Below, piece after piece: positions 16,528 through 26,627 of a stretch of DNA of 64,000 bases. The notes below the pieces were generated by a model, which saw only the letters and a program-made list of their open reading frames with translations, was not told the origin of the DNA and searched no databases. The DNA lies in the NCBI GenBank assembly GCA_965116495.1, contig OZ220696.1, forward strand, positions 1,728,001-1,792,000, in the 5' to 3' direction. The stretch's first letter is position 1. Every line of letters begins with the position of its first letter. The position numbers were made by a program, and so were the translations under genes. The DNA comes from Gammaproteobacteria bacterium. Lineage in GTDB: Bacteria; Pseudomonadota; Gammaproteobacteria; Eutrophobiales; Eutrophobiaceae.

Positions 16528-17994
16528 TCATAACGGTCCTGCTCCCCCTTTCAACTTTTCTACTTCCCGCCGGATCACGTCGATGGCCAGGTCAACGGTA
16601 TCGATGTGGGTGCGGTATGACAGGATGCAAAGCCGGAGCATGTAAATATTATCGATCAGGGTCGAGGTAAGAACGATCGTGCCGTCGCGCCGCAATCTCT
16701 CTACCAGTCTCCTGTTGAACTCATCCACATCACCTTCGACACCGACATAACGGAATACGAAGATGGACAACTGGGGTTCGGGGCCGACCTCAAAACCGGG
16801 CATTGACTGTAATCTCTTCCAGGCATAACGGGCCAGCAGCAGCTTCTCGCTCAGCATGGCGCGGAACGGTGCGACGCCTATGAGTTTGAGCGGCAACCAC
16901 AGGCGCAAGGCGCGGAAATGGCGGGTCAACTCCGGGCTTACGTCCGCGGGCGAGACTTCCTGATCGTGGAAAGCCCTGTCCTGCAGGTAGTCGGCTGTAT
17001 AATAATGCGCCTGGTACAAATGCCTGCCATCCCTGATCAGTGCCGCACCCAGGCCGAACGGTGTGTGCAGTCCCTTATGCGGGTTCATAACCACCGAATC
17101 CGATAGCTCGATCCCGCGGAATTGTTCCCTGACCAGATCGCAAAGGATAAAGAAACCTCCGTAGGCCGCGTCCACGTGAAACCAGAGCCCATGCTCGCGC
17201 GTCACCGCGCCGATGCATTCCAGATCGTCAACGTTGCCAAGGTCCGTGGTGCCGGCCGAACTGACCACCAGCCACGGATCAAGTCCTGCGGAACGGTCGG
17301 CGCGAATCATCTCCACCAGGGCGTCCGGGTCCATGCCGAAATCTGCATCGGTGGCTACTTCGCGCATGACACCGCCGCCCAGGCCGGCGATGTGCAAGGC
17401 CTTGGCAACGCAATGGTGGGTAAAACGGGTGTAATACACCACGGCCCGAGTGTATTTCTCGGCTTTCAAACCATGGGCTTCCCTGGCCGTAACGATACAG
17501 GTCAGGGTAGCGATGCTGCCCCCCGAGGCCAGTACGCCTTTCGCCGTTCCCCGGCGATAGCCCACCAGTTCCGCCATCCAGTCCAGCAACTGGTATTCCA
17601 TGCGCACCGCACCGGGTGAGCTGGCAAACTCACCGGCATATTCGTCCATCACCGCCGCCATGTAATCGCCCAGGGCCGAGTAGTACATGCTGCACGGGGA
17701 TATATAACCGAAGAACTTGCCGGATACGGCACATAACGCCTGTTCGTCAACATTTTCCTTGTAGATACGCAGGATTTCCCCGATCTCCATGCCCTCTTCA
17801 GCAATGGGAGAATCATACAGGCCGGCACCCATATCCTCGGTAAAGTTAAACGCCGGACGCTGAGGGAGGTCGTGCAGGAACTGTTCGACGTAATCATTCA
17901 CCGCGCCCAGCAACTCCTTACGCCGCGCCGCACCCGGTTCGATAACGCCTGCCTGTTCCGAGAACTCGTTGATTTGTCTGATCAATTCTTCCAT
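16528..17994 (-). CDS. Group II PLP-dependent decarboxylase (aromatic-L-amino-acid/glutamate decarboxylase family)
   Basis: SGGSIATL, SAGTTDLG.VD, WFHVDAAYGG, NPHKGL (PLP lysine). Confidence 0.9.
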   Translation of the reverse strand: MEELIRQINEFSEQAGVIEPGAARRKELLGAVNDYVEQFLHDLPQRPAFNFTEDMGAGLYDSPIAEEGMEIGEILRIYKENVDEQALCAVSGKFFGYISPCSMYYSALGDYMAAVMDEYAGEFASSPGAVRMEYQLLDWMAELVGYRRGTAKGVLASGGSIATLTCIVTAREAHGLKAEKYTRAVVYYTRFTHHCVAKALHIAGLGGGVMREVATDADFGMDPDALVEMIRADRSAGLDPWLVVSSAGTTDLGNVDDLECIGAVTREHGLWFHVDAAYGGFFILCDLVREQFRGIELSDSVVMNPHKGLHTPFGLGAALIRDGRHLYQAHYYTADYLQDRAFHDQEVSPADVSPELTRHFRALRLWLPLKLIGVAPFRAMLSEKLLLARYAWKRLQSMPGFEVGPEPQLSIFVFRYVGVEGDVDEFNRRLVERLRRDGTIVLTSTLIDNIYMLRLCILSYRTHIDTVDLAIDVIRREVEKLKGGAGPL

Positions 17995-18030
17995 TTTATA
18001 CTTAACGACATAAATAGCGCCGCATCATAG

Positions 18031-18167
18031 TTCGTCATTCCGGCGCCCCGTTCGTCATTCCGGCACCCCCGTCCGTCATTCCGGCGGAAGCCGGAATCAA
18101 GTAATATACAAACATTCCTTATAAGGAGTTTTGTTGTCTACTAGATTCCGGCTTCCGCCGGAATGAC
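18031..18167. repeat. REP family D doublet (REPIN-like) plus two partial tandem copies
   Basis: GTCATTCCGGCGGAAGCCGGAATC (18075-18098) and its exact reverse complement (18144-18167). Confidence 0.9.
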
Positions 18168-18193
18168 GAACAGGAGGAGGCGGTTCATTTTAT

Positions 18194-19939
18194 TCAGGCA
18201 GCGGCGCCCTGCTCGAACAGGCTGTCGCGCAGGGGCGGTTTTGTCTTGGCCAGAACGCAGACTTCCGGGGGAATATCGAACACCAGTGCATGGTCGGGAC
18301 CGATGCCCTCCTCGCGCAGACAATCGGCTATATTATCGTCCACCTCGGTAAACCCGGCCCGACGATTAAACTCCCATTCATCTTCCAGGCACTGCCAGCC
18401 CAGGTCGACAATCTGCCGGCGCGTCACCTCTTCGCCGTAAAACAGGCTGTAACAGCGGCGTATTTCATCAAGGTTGGGCTGCATGAACTGGCATAGGCCG
18501 GAAGAGTCGCATACGGCATTGACGATCTGCGCATCCTGGGACGCGCGTACCGCATCTTCTCCGGCCAACTCGGGGTCGATTACCAGGCCGGCGGTGTGAT
18601 CCGCGCCCATGGCGCTGGTGGCGTAAGTCACGCCTGCGGCCTTCAGCGGGCGCGGGTCCCAGGCCGGCAGGGCCTGTCCTTTTGCCACGGGGATACGGGA
18701 GTGGTTGCGGTGCGTGCCGATAGACAGGGCCCCGTCACCCACCAGCCGGCCGATTTCCGTACCGTTGCCGACATCATTACGTAACAAAATCTTTACTGCG
18801 TCCGCATCGCCCCATTCCATGCCGCCGGAATCCATGTACACGGCAATGGCCGCGCCCGTCTCTATGGTATCCATCCCCAGTTCATCACAGAGTCGGTCCA
18901 GGTCGGCAACGTCCTCCCAGTTATTTATCGCACAACAGGAACCCAGCAGGGTCAGGGTCTCAAACTCCAGAGCGGAGGTCACGTAATTGCCGGACTCGTC
19001 ATGAATGATGTTGGAACAGCGGACAATGCAGCCGGCCATGCAGTTGTGCATCCCACCGCCGCGTTCTGCGAACGCCTCATGGATGCGGGCTCCATCCAGT
19101 TTATCCACATCCGGGTTCCTGCCCTCGGTCCGGTTCTTGTAGGGAAATGTGTGCAGCATGTTGGCCATGGGGACACCGGTGCTGGTACCGCCCTTGAATA
19201 TATTGTGGCGGCCGTCACTTAAATAGCTCTGGCTGAAGGTCTTGTTATTTGCGTTAAAGGCCTTGTTGTCCGCCGACGCTCTGAGACGCGCCTTGCCCCG
19301 GTCTATCAGCACCCATTTCAGGCACTTGGAACCCATCACCGCGCCGACCCCGCCGCGCGCGGCATGGCGCGCAGGCCGCCGCCCCTTGCTCTTGTCGGTG
19401 GTAGCAACGGAGGCGGTCTTCAGCATCATCTCGCCGGCGGGGCCGATGCTGATCGCACAGGCGTTTTTGGAACGCCCGGCCAGCAGCTTCTCGCAACTGA
19501 CATAGTTCCACATGCCCTTGTAGTCATCCGCGCCGATCAGTTCCACACCCTCTGCCGTCACCGCCAGCCCCCAGCGCCGCTCCCGGTCTGCAGGTTGGCC
19601 GGTTACGACGATGCCCCGGTAACCCAGTTTCATCAGGTCCTGGCCCGGCTCGCCACCGGTATTGGCCTCCTTTATCCCACCGGTAAGGGGGCTTTTACAG
19701 CCTACGGACAAACGTCCCGAAGTGGGCACCGAAGTGCCTGACAACACGCCCGGGGCCAGCACCAGGATGTTATCCGGACCCAGGGGGTCACATGCGGGGT
19801 CGCACTCATCCAGCAATATCCGCGCAGATAGGGAACGCCCACCCAGGTATTTCCAGTCTGCCGGATAATCCTCAATCGAAACGGTCAAAGCCGTCATATC
19901 GACACGGATCAGCTTGTCGTTGTCCCAAACACCGCTCAT
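18194..19939 (-). CDS. Aldehyde:ferredoxin oxidoreductase family (W/Mo-pterin, 4Fe-4S)
   Basis: KSPLTGGIKE, ARGGVGAVMGSK, CxxCxxxC (CMAGCIVRC), EFET, CDELGMDTI, GADHT, DSSGLC; ATG at 19939 with AGGAG RBS. Confidence 0.9.
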   Translation of the reverse strand: MSGVWDNDKLIRVDMTALTVSIEDYPADWKYLGGRSLSARILLDECDPACDPLGPDNILVLAPGVLSGTSVPTSGRLSVGCKSPLTGGIKEANTGGEPGQDLMKLGYRGIVVTGQPADRERRWGLAVTAEGVELIGADDYKGMWNYVSCEKLLAGRSKNACAISIGPAGEMMLKTASVATTDKSKGRRPARHAARGGVGAVMGSKCLKWVLIDRGKARLRASADNKAFNANNKTFSQSYLSDGRHNIFKGGTSTGVPMANMLHTFPYKNRTEGRNPDVDKLDGARIHEAFAERGGGMHNCMAGCIVRCSNIIHDESGNYVTSALEFETLTLLGSCCAINNWEDVADLDRLCDELGMDTIETGAAIAVYMDSGGMEWGDADAVKILLRNDVGNGTEIGRLVGDGALSIGTHRNHSRIPVAKGQALPAWDPRPLKAAGVTYATSAMGADHTAGLVIDPELAGEDAVRASQDAQIVNAVCDSSGLCQFMQPNLDEIRRCYSLFYGEEVTRRQIVDLGWQCLEDEWEFNRRAGFTEVDDNIADCLREEGIGPDHALVFDIPPEVCVLAKTKPPLRDSLFEQGAAA

Positions 19940-20046
19940 ATCAGTCTCCTCGGCTATTGCAAGTCGGCTTATTATCACCAGTGCAACACTGATAGTCCAA
20001 CACTTTGTACTAACCCAGGTACGCTTGCTGTTTGCACGTGGAGCGC

Positions 20047-20148
20047 AAATTTGGGACACCCATAAATTAGTGGAACGCAAATTTGTTGTTGGCGAATTTA
20101 TGGTTGTCCCAAATTTGTTCGGCCCGAATTTATGGTTGTCCCAAATTT
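20047..20148. repeat. REP family B cluster (one forward and two inverted copies)
   Basis: AAATTTGGGACACCCATAAATT and two AATTTATGGTTGTCCCAAATTT. Confidence 0.88.
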
Positions 20149-20201
20149 GTTGCTGTTAGCAAAACGTAGCCTGCCCCTTTTTAACGAGGTAGTATGACAA
20201 T

Positions 20202-21425
20202 ATGCAGGACAAAAAACAGAAAGTATCCGTCGCGGACTTCAGCCTCACCGATTTGCCCGATGATTACTACGAAGACCCCTATCCCTACTACCATGCATTG
20301 CGGGAACAGGATCCCGTACGCCGCTTTGCGGACGGCAGCTACTTCTTTACCCGTCACGCCGACCTGTTCCGTATCTATCGCGACCCGAAACTGTTCAGCT
20401 CCGATAAAAAGAAGATGTTCAAACCCCTGTTCGGGGACACATTATTATATGAGCACCATACCACCAGCCTGGTATTTAATGACCCGCCGCTACATACCCA
20501 TGTACGCAAGGCAATCGGCGATGCCCTGTCGCAGAAGACCCTGATTGCCATGGAACCGGGTCTGCGTGAATTCACCGCAGGATTACTGGACAGCATCGAA
20601 GACAAGGGAGAGTTCGACGCGATGTCCGATTTTGCCACCCTTATCCCAGTCGAGGTGATCGGTAACCTGTTACGCCTCCCCCGTGAGGATCGCGGGATGC
20701 TGCAGCGCTGGGCGAACGCCATACTGGGCGCGCTTGAATTTGACCTGTCGAAAGAAAAGCTGGAGTACGGGAACCGCTGTGTCAGCGAATTCCTGGACTA
20801 TCTCGCCGATCTGGTGAAGGACCGCCGAAAAAACCTTTCCGATGATTACGACGATATATTGAGCCGGTTGATAAAATGGGAATCCGATGGTTTTGTATTA
20901 TCCGATAAACAGCTTTATCACCAGTGTATTTTCATACTGAATGCCGGTCATGAAACGACCACGAATCTCATCGGCCACAGTATCTATTGTTTGCTTACCC
21001 ACCCGGACCAGTTGCAACTGCTGAAACAGAAGCCTGAATTAGCCGGTTCCGCCATCGAAGAGATCCTGAGATATGAGGCGCCGGTACAACTCGGCAACAG
21101 GGCAACCACCGAAGCGGTGCAATTCGATGACGTCAGCATACCGGCCGGGAAGACCTTGACCTTCGCCATCGGCGCGGCAAACAGGGACCCCGCCGTGTAC
21201 CCTGAGCCCGACCGGCTGGACATTACCCGCAATCCCCGCAACCACATGGCCTTCGCCGGCGGCATTCATACCTGCGCCGGCCTCAACGTGGCGCGACTGG
21301 AAGCGCGCATTGCCGTCCCGGCGCTGCTCAACCGCTTCCCCGGCCTGACCTTGACCGGCAGGCCGGTACGAGACAAACGTGCCCGTTTCAGGGGCCTGCT
21401 GTCATTGCCGATGTCCATTCGCTGA
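20202..21425 (+). CDS. Cytochrome P450
   Basis: DPPLHT, I-helix AGHETT, EEILR (ExxR), heme motif FAGGIHTCAG. Confidence 0.96.
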   Translation: MQDKKQKVSVADFSLTDLPDDYYEDPYPYYHALREQDPVRRFADGSYFFTRHADLFRIYRDPKLFSSDKKKMFKPLFGDTLLYEHHTTSLVFNDPPLHTHVRKAIGDALSQKTLIAMEPGLREFTAGLLDSIEDKGEFDAMSDFATLIPVEVIGNLLRLPREDRGMLQRWANAILGALEFDLSKEKLEYGNRCVSEFLDYLADLVKDRRKNLSDDYDDILSRLIKWESDGFVLSDKQLYHQCIFILNAGHETTTNLIGHSIYCLLTHPDQLQLLKQKPELAGSAIEEILRYEAPVQLGNRATTEAVQFDDVSIPAGKTLTFAIGAANRDPAVYPEPDRLDITRNPRNHMAFAGGIHTCAGLNVARLEARIAVPALLNRFPGLTLTGRPVRDKRARFRGLLSLPMSIR

Positions 21426-21459
21426 TTAATAAGATGCGTGGGGTCAGAGTAGGCGCACA

Positions 21460-21903
21460 TCAAAATTCCTGCACACTTAACTTATCAAGCAATCTCTCCA
21501 GTTGCGATTGTTCCTGCTCCGTCAACGCGGCTTTCAACTCCGCCTCATAAGTCAGCGCCAGGGGGACAATCTGCGCGTACATGGCGTAACCTGCTTCGGA
21601 CAGGCATAAAATTGAGCGGCGCCGGTCATCTCCGGAAAAATTACGCTTGAGCAATCCCTTGTTGAGCAGTTTTGTCACCGCCCGGCTAACCGGCACCTTG
21701 TCCATTTCGGTCTCGCTGCAAACGTCATCGGCGGACAGTCCCGGCTGCTGGCCAAGCATAGCCATCACCCGCCACTCGGGAATACTCAATCCGAATTTCT
21801 CCGAGTAGAGCCGGAAAAAGGAAGCGCTGATGCGGTTGGTAACGATGGACAACCGATAAGGCAGGAACTCCTTCAGGTTCAGTCCCGGGTTCTGCTGGCT
21901 CAT
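21460..21903 (-). CDS. MarR family regulator (probable homogentisate-pathway repressor)
   Basis: FLPYRLS...PEWRV...DKVPVSRAV...DRRRS; directly downstream of hmgA. Confidence 0.9.
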   Translation of the reverse strand: MSQQNPGLNLKEFLPYRLSIVTNRISASFFRLYSEKFGLSIPEWRVMAMLGQQPGLSADDVCSETEMDKVPVSRAVTKLLNKGLLKRNFSGDDRRRSILCLSEAGYAMYAQIVPLALTYEAELKAALTEQEQSQLERLLDKLSVQEF

Positions 21904-21975
21904 GCTGCTTTTCGAAGCAAAATCAAAGGGGCCAGACTCATTTGATTTTTCCGGCGCCGAAATGGTATCCGTTAA

Positions 21976-23310
21976 TCAGGATTTAAAGTGTTTTTTCAGC
22001 TTCTGCCAGCAGTCAACATAATTCCGCTGCCGTTGCGCCGACTCCAGGGCGAAGCGGGTCGGCTGGATCACGTAGCGGGACTCGAACATGAAGGCCATGG
22101 TTGCCTCCTGCTTGACCGGCGCCAGTCTGGTCTTGGAAGAGCCTTCGAAAGCCGTTTCGTCAGGGCCGTGGGCGGACATACAATTGTGCAGGCTGGCGCC
22201 GCCCGGCACGAATCCTTCCGGTTTGGCGTCATACTTGCCGTAAATCAGGCCCATGAACTCACTCATGACGTTGCGGTGGTACCAAGGCGCCCGGAAAGTA
22301 TCTTCAGCCACCATCCAGCGCGGCGGAAAGATCACGAAATCCACGTTGGCGGTTCCCGGTGTATCGGAGGGTGAAGTCAATACCGTATAGATGGACGGGT
22401 CAGGATGGTCATAACTGACCGTATTGATCACGTTGAACAACTCAAGTCCATATTTATATGGCACTGAATTGCCCACCCAGGCAACCACATCCAGGGGTGA
22501 GTGATCGATGGCGCAGCCATGCAGCCTGCCGGAAAACTTGCACACCAGTTCGAACTCGCCCTGTTGGTCCTGGTAGGCCGCAACCGGCGCCTTGAAGTCC
22601 CGATCATTGGCGAACCCATCGGAACCGACGGGCCCGCGTTCCGGCAGGCGGAAATGGGCGCCGTAGTTTTCACAAACGTACCCGCGGCCGGGTCCGTCGG
22701 GCAAGTCCACGCAGAACTTCATCCCGCGCGGGATCAGCGCGACCTCCCCGGGCTGCACGTCAAGCCGGCCGCATTCCGTATGGATATCCAGCCTCCCCTG
22801 CTGCGGCACGATCAGTAGCTCGCCGTCCGCGTCGTAGAAATAGCGGCCCTCCATGGAACGGTTCGCCAGGTAATAATGAATGCCGCAACCGACCTGCGTG
22901 GCCGCGTTGCCGTTGGCGGCAAACGTCACCAGGCCATCGATGAAATCAGCCGGCGTGTCTGGTATCGGGATGGGGTCCCAGCGCATCTGGTTGGGTGGCG
23001 GCGCTACATCCATGATGGGTCCGTTAAAGATGCGCGACTGCTCCAAGGGACGGAAATCGCCATGCGTCACCGAGGGCCGGATACGGTAAAACCAGGTGCG
23101 GCGGTTCGATTCCCGCGGCGCGGTGAAGGCGGTGCTGCTGAGCTTCTCCGCGTACAACCCGTAAGCCACTTTCTGCGGGGAAAACCTGCCCTGGGGCAAG
23201 GCCCCCGCCAGGGCCTCGGATTCATGCTCATTGCCGAACCCGCTCAGGTATTCATATGCCTCGGCGGTTTCCGCAACTTCTGCTACTCTTGGGCTGACAA
23301 CTGTTGCCAT
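21976..23310 (-). CDS. hmgA: Homogentisate 1,2-dioxygenase
   Basis: [53 protein letters not shown]. Confidence 0.97.
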   Translation of the reverse strand: MATVVSPRVAEVAETAEAYEYLSGFGNEHESEALAGALPQGRFSPQKVAYGLYAEKLSSTAFTAPRESNRRTWFYRIRPSVTHGDFRPLEQSRIFNGPIMDVAPPPNQMRWDPIPIPDTPADFIDGLVTFAANGNAATQVGCGIHYYLANRSMEGRYFYDADGELLIVPQQGRLDIHTECGRLDVQPGEVALIPRGMKFCVDLPDGPGRGYVCENYGAHFRLPERGPVGSDGFANDRDFKAPVAAYQDQQGEFELVCKFSGRLHGCAIDHSPLDVVAWVGNSVPYKYGLELFNVINTVSYDHPDPSIYTVLTSPSDTPGTANVDFVIFPPRWMVAEDTFRAPWYHRNVMSEFMGLIYGKYDAKPEGFVPGGASLHNCMSAHGPDETAFEGSSKTRLAPVKQEATMAFMFESRYVIQPTRFALESAQRQRNYVDCWQKLKKHFKS

Positions 23311-23342
23311 GATGAATCTCCTGCAGGATTTGTTAAAACACA

Positions 23343-23372
23343 GTATAGTTACAAATGTAACTAATTGTAAAG
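23343..23372 (-). promoter_or_regulatory. hmgA promoter with palindromic operator TAGTTACA-AA-TGTAACTA
   Basis: Minus strand TTTACA-18 bp-TATACT; palindrome 23346-23363 occupies the spacer; identical copy at 31127-31144. Confidence 0.75.
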
Positions 23373-23397
23373 AAACCTTCGACCCCGGCGCCTATTC

Positions 23398-23477
23398 GTC
23401 ATTCCTGCGCAAGCAGGAATCCAGTAAAATTAGCGAAGATACGATAACAGACAGGTTCCTGCTTACACAGGAACGAC
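23398..23477. repeat. REP family D palindrome pair
   Basis: GTCATTCCTGCGCAAGCAGGAATCCA (23398-23423) and a degenerate inverted partner at about 23455-23477. Confidence 0.75.
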
Positions 23478-23522
23478 AGAAACTACTAATGACAAGTTGT
23501 TTTCACCCGCGAACACAACAAC

Positions 23523-24359
23523 ATGGCCGCGGCCCGGGCGTTCGACCAGGCCGATGAACTGGCCGCGTTCCGCACCGAATCCACCTTTCCGACCAATATC
23601 GAGGGTGAACCATTACTGTACTTCGCCGGCCACTCGCTGGGCCTCATGCCCAACCGCGCCCGCGAGGCGCTGAATGCCGAGTGCGACGCCTGGGGCAAAT
23701 ACGCCGTCAAAGGGCACTTTGAATCCGAACGACCCTGGGTACGCTGTCACACCTATGTCGCGGACAGCCTGGCGCGCCTCAGCGGCGCCAAACCGTCCGA
23801 AGTGGTGGCGATGAATACGCTCACCGTCAACCTGCACCTGATGCTGGTCAGTTTTTACCGTCCGACGAAAACCCGTTACAAGATCATCATCGAAAAAAAC
23901 GCTTTCCCGTCGGACCAGTACGCGGTCGATTCACAGGCCCGTTTTCACGGGTTTTACCCTGATGACGCCATTGTCGAACTTGAGCCGAAACCGGGACAAC
24001 CGGCCATAGCCGATGATGACGTCCTGGAACTGTTCGATGCGGCTACCATGCCCAGGGTGCGCGCGAAGAGCGAACAACTGACTTCGTACCTGGAATGGCT
24101 TTTGCTGGAGAACGTCAGCGACTTCGTAGAGGTGCTGACGCCCCCACACACACTGGCAAAACAGACCCGCGGCTGTACCTTGTCGCTACGCTTCAAGAAA
24201 GACCCCAGGGGGATGTTGAAAGTATTATCTGACCGGGGCGCAGTCACGGATTTCAGGGAGCCGGATATCATCCGCGTCGCGCCCATCCCCCTGTATAACA
24301 GCTTTGAGGATGTGTACCGATTCAGTGAGATTGTGGCGGAGTTCTGCAGTAACGGATAA
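23523..24359 (+). pseudogene. kynU: Kynureninase with an in-frame internal deletion (PLP-binding core lost)
   Basis: YFAGHSLGL, EVVAMNTLTVNLHL, FPSDQYA and C-terminal DFREPDIIRVAP.PLYN are present, but only 278 aa (full length about 420) and no DLAH or CSYKYLN segment. Confidence 0.85.
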
Positions 24360-24455
24360 GCACCAGACTTATCTTACCTCGGGTTAGTGCCCTCAGTATA
24401 AGGACTCGTGTCCTGATCAGGAGAAAGGATGCGGCCGCATTATTTCAATTTTCTC

Positions 24456-24485
24456 TTGACAAAATATTTCTGTATCTTCTATACT
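24456..24485 (+). promoter_or_regulatory. Sigma70 promoter of the R-M operon
   Basis: TTGACA-18 bp-TATACT. Confidence 0.65.
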
Positions 24486-24502
24486 GCAATAAAAAATACT
24501 AT

Positions 24503-25093
24503 TTGAAGATGATTGAGGCATTAAAATATATCGCTTCCATTCAGACCGGGCTGACTTTCCGTACTCGTCTTGAGCATTCGCCAAAAGGTAATATTACGGT
24601 GATTCAGATGAAGGACTTCAGTGCTGACAACCGCGTTGCCTTTGAAAAACTCACCCTTATAGAGATACAGAATTTGAAAGAACGTCAAATGGTACAAATT
24701 GACGATCTGATATTCCGCCCCCGAGGTTTCAGGAATACTGCAGCACTGGTAAGCCGAGAGCTCAACGACACAACACTAGCCGCCCCCCTGTTACGTGTAC
24801 GGGTACATGATGCAACTGTTTTGCCGGCGTATCTCTGCTGGTTCATCAACTTGCCGGTATCTCAGTCTTTCCTGCAAAGACACGCCAACGGCACAGCCAT
24901 GAAAATGATCGGCAAGAAAGCCCTGGAAGCACTTGAGGTGCTTATTCCATCCGTTCCGACACAACAACGCATCGTTGAATTAAGCCACCTTGCTGACAGA
25001 GAGCAAAACATACTTGAGAGTTTGTCAGTAAAACGCAGGCAATTAGTGGATAGCAGATTAATGCGGGTCATAACAACTTCGCGTCATCCGTAA
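24503..25093 (+). CDS. Half-size type I R-M specificity subunit (one TRD plus conserved helix)
   Basis: IQTG, DLIF, LPAYLCWFIN, GTAMKMI...IPSVPTQQRIVEL helix; 196 aa; directly upstream of hsdM. Confidence 0.8.
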   Translation: MKMIEALKYIASIQTGLTFRTRLEHSPKGNITVIQMKDFSADNRVAFEKLTLIEIQNLKERQMVQIDDLIFRPRGFRNTAALVSRELNDTTLAAPLLRVRVHDATVLPAYLCWFINLPVSQSFLQRHANGTAMKMIGKKALEALEVLIPSVPTQQRIVELSHLADREQNILESLSVKRRQLVDSRLMRVITTSRHP

Positions 25094-25118
25094 GCAAGCC
25101 CAAACGGCAGAACAAACA

Positions 25119-26627
25119 GTGATCAAAGTACAACAAAAAGACATTAACAAAGCCGCCTGGGATGCCTGCGACACATTCCGTGGAGTGCTGGACCCGGCAC
25201 AGTACAAGGATTACATCCTGGTCATGCTTTTTGTGAAATACATCTCCGATATATGGAACGACCATTATGAAACCTACCGCAAGGAATACCGGGATGATGA
25301 AGTACGCATCCGCCGCCGTTTGCAACGCGAACGATTTGTTCTTCCTGAAGGCGATAGTTTCTATGATCTTTACGAAAGCCGTAATGAGGCCAATATCGGT
25401 GAGCTAATCAATACCGCTCTGGACGCCATCGAAACCGAGAACAGACTGAAACTGGAAGGATTGTTCCGTAATATCGATTTTAACTCTGAGGCTAACCTCG
25501 GCAAAACCAGTGATCGTAACCGTCGCCTGAAAACCCTGCTTGAAGACTTCAACAAAGCGGAACTTGACATGCGCCCCAGCCGGGTTCCCGGAGATGTTAT
25601 AGGCAACACCTACATCTACCTGATCGAGCGTTTTGCCTCTGATGCGGGCAAGAAGGCAGGAGAGTTCTATACCCCACACAAGGTCTCCGAACTGGTGGCG
25701 AAACTGTGCGCGCCAAAGCCGGGCGCCCGCATCTGCGACCCGGCTTGCGGGTCAGGCGGTCTTTTGATAGAAGCAGCGCAGGTGGTAGGCAACAATGATT
25801 ATGCGCTCTACGGCATGGAGGTCAACGGCAGTACCTGGGCGCTGGCCAGGATGAACATGTTTTTGCATGGCGCAGATGCTGCCCGAATAGAATGGTGCGA
25901 TACCTTGACTGCCCCTGCGCTGGTAGAAAACGACCGCCTGATGACATTCGACAACGTGGTCGCCAATCCACCATTTTCATTGAAAAAGTGGGGCGCCGAA
26001 GCCGGCAGTGAAGATCCGTATAACCGCTTCTGGCGCGGGTTGCCCCCGGTCTCCAAAGGTGATTTTGCCTTCATCAGTCACATGATAGAAATCGCCGTTG
26101 GAAACAGGGGCCGTGTCGCGGTAGTCGTCCCCCACGGCGTCCTGTTTCGAGGCGCTGCGGAGGGCCGCATAAGACGTAAGCTGATTGAAGACAACCTGCT
26201 CGATATGGTAATCGGCCTGCCTGGCAACCTGTTCCCTACTACCAGCATCCCGGTCGCAATCCTGATATTTGACCGCTCCCGCGAACAGGGCGGGCTTAAC
26301 GCCGGTCGCAAAGACGTGCTCTTTGTCGACGCCAGCAAAGATTACCAGCCTGGCAAGAACCAGAACGCCCTGCTGGACGAGCACATCGAAAAGATCCTGG
26401 AGACCTGCAAAGAACGCGAGGACGTTGAAAAGTATGCACACCTGGCCGACTTTGATGAGATCGCGGAAAACGACTTCAACCTGAACATTCCGCGCTACGT
26501 CGATACCTACGAGGAAGAGGAAGAAATCGATATCGACGCGGTACAACGGGAAATTGACCGGCTTGAAGAAGAACTGTCCAGGGTACGGGTGGAAATGGCG
26601 GAGAAAATGAAAGAAATCCAAAGATGA
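25119..26627 (+). CDS. hsdM: Type I R-M methyltransferase (m6A)
   Basis: AGEFYTP, DPACGSGG (motif I), NPPF (motif IV), NLNIPRYVD. Confidence 0.96.
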   Translation: MIKVQQKDINKAAWDACDTFRGVLDPAQYKDYILVMLFVKYISDIWNDHYETYRKEYRDDEVRIRRRLQRERFVLPEGDSFYDLYESRNEANIGELINTALDAIETENRLKLEGLFRNIDFNSEANLGKTSDRNRRLKTLLEDFNKAELDMRPSRVPGDVIGNTYIYLIERFASDAGKKAGEFYTPHKVSELVAKLCAPKPGARICDPACGSGGLLIEAAQVVGNNDYALYGMEVNGSTWALARMNMFLHGADAARIEWCDTLTAPALVENDRLMTFDNVVANPPFSLKKWGAEAGSEDPYNRFWRGLPPVSKGDFAFISHMIEIAVGNRGRVAVVVPHGVLFRGAAEGRIRRKLIEDNLLDMVIGLPGNLFPTTSIPVAILIFDRSREQGGLNAGRKDVLFVDASKDYQPGKNQNALLDEHIEKILETCKEREDVEKYAHLADFDEIAENDFNLNIPRYVDTYEEEEEIDIDAVQREIDRLEEELSRVRVEMAEKMKEIQR

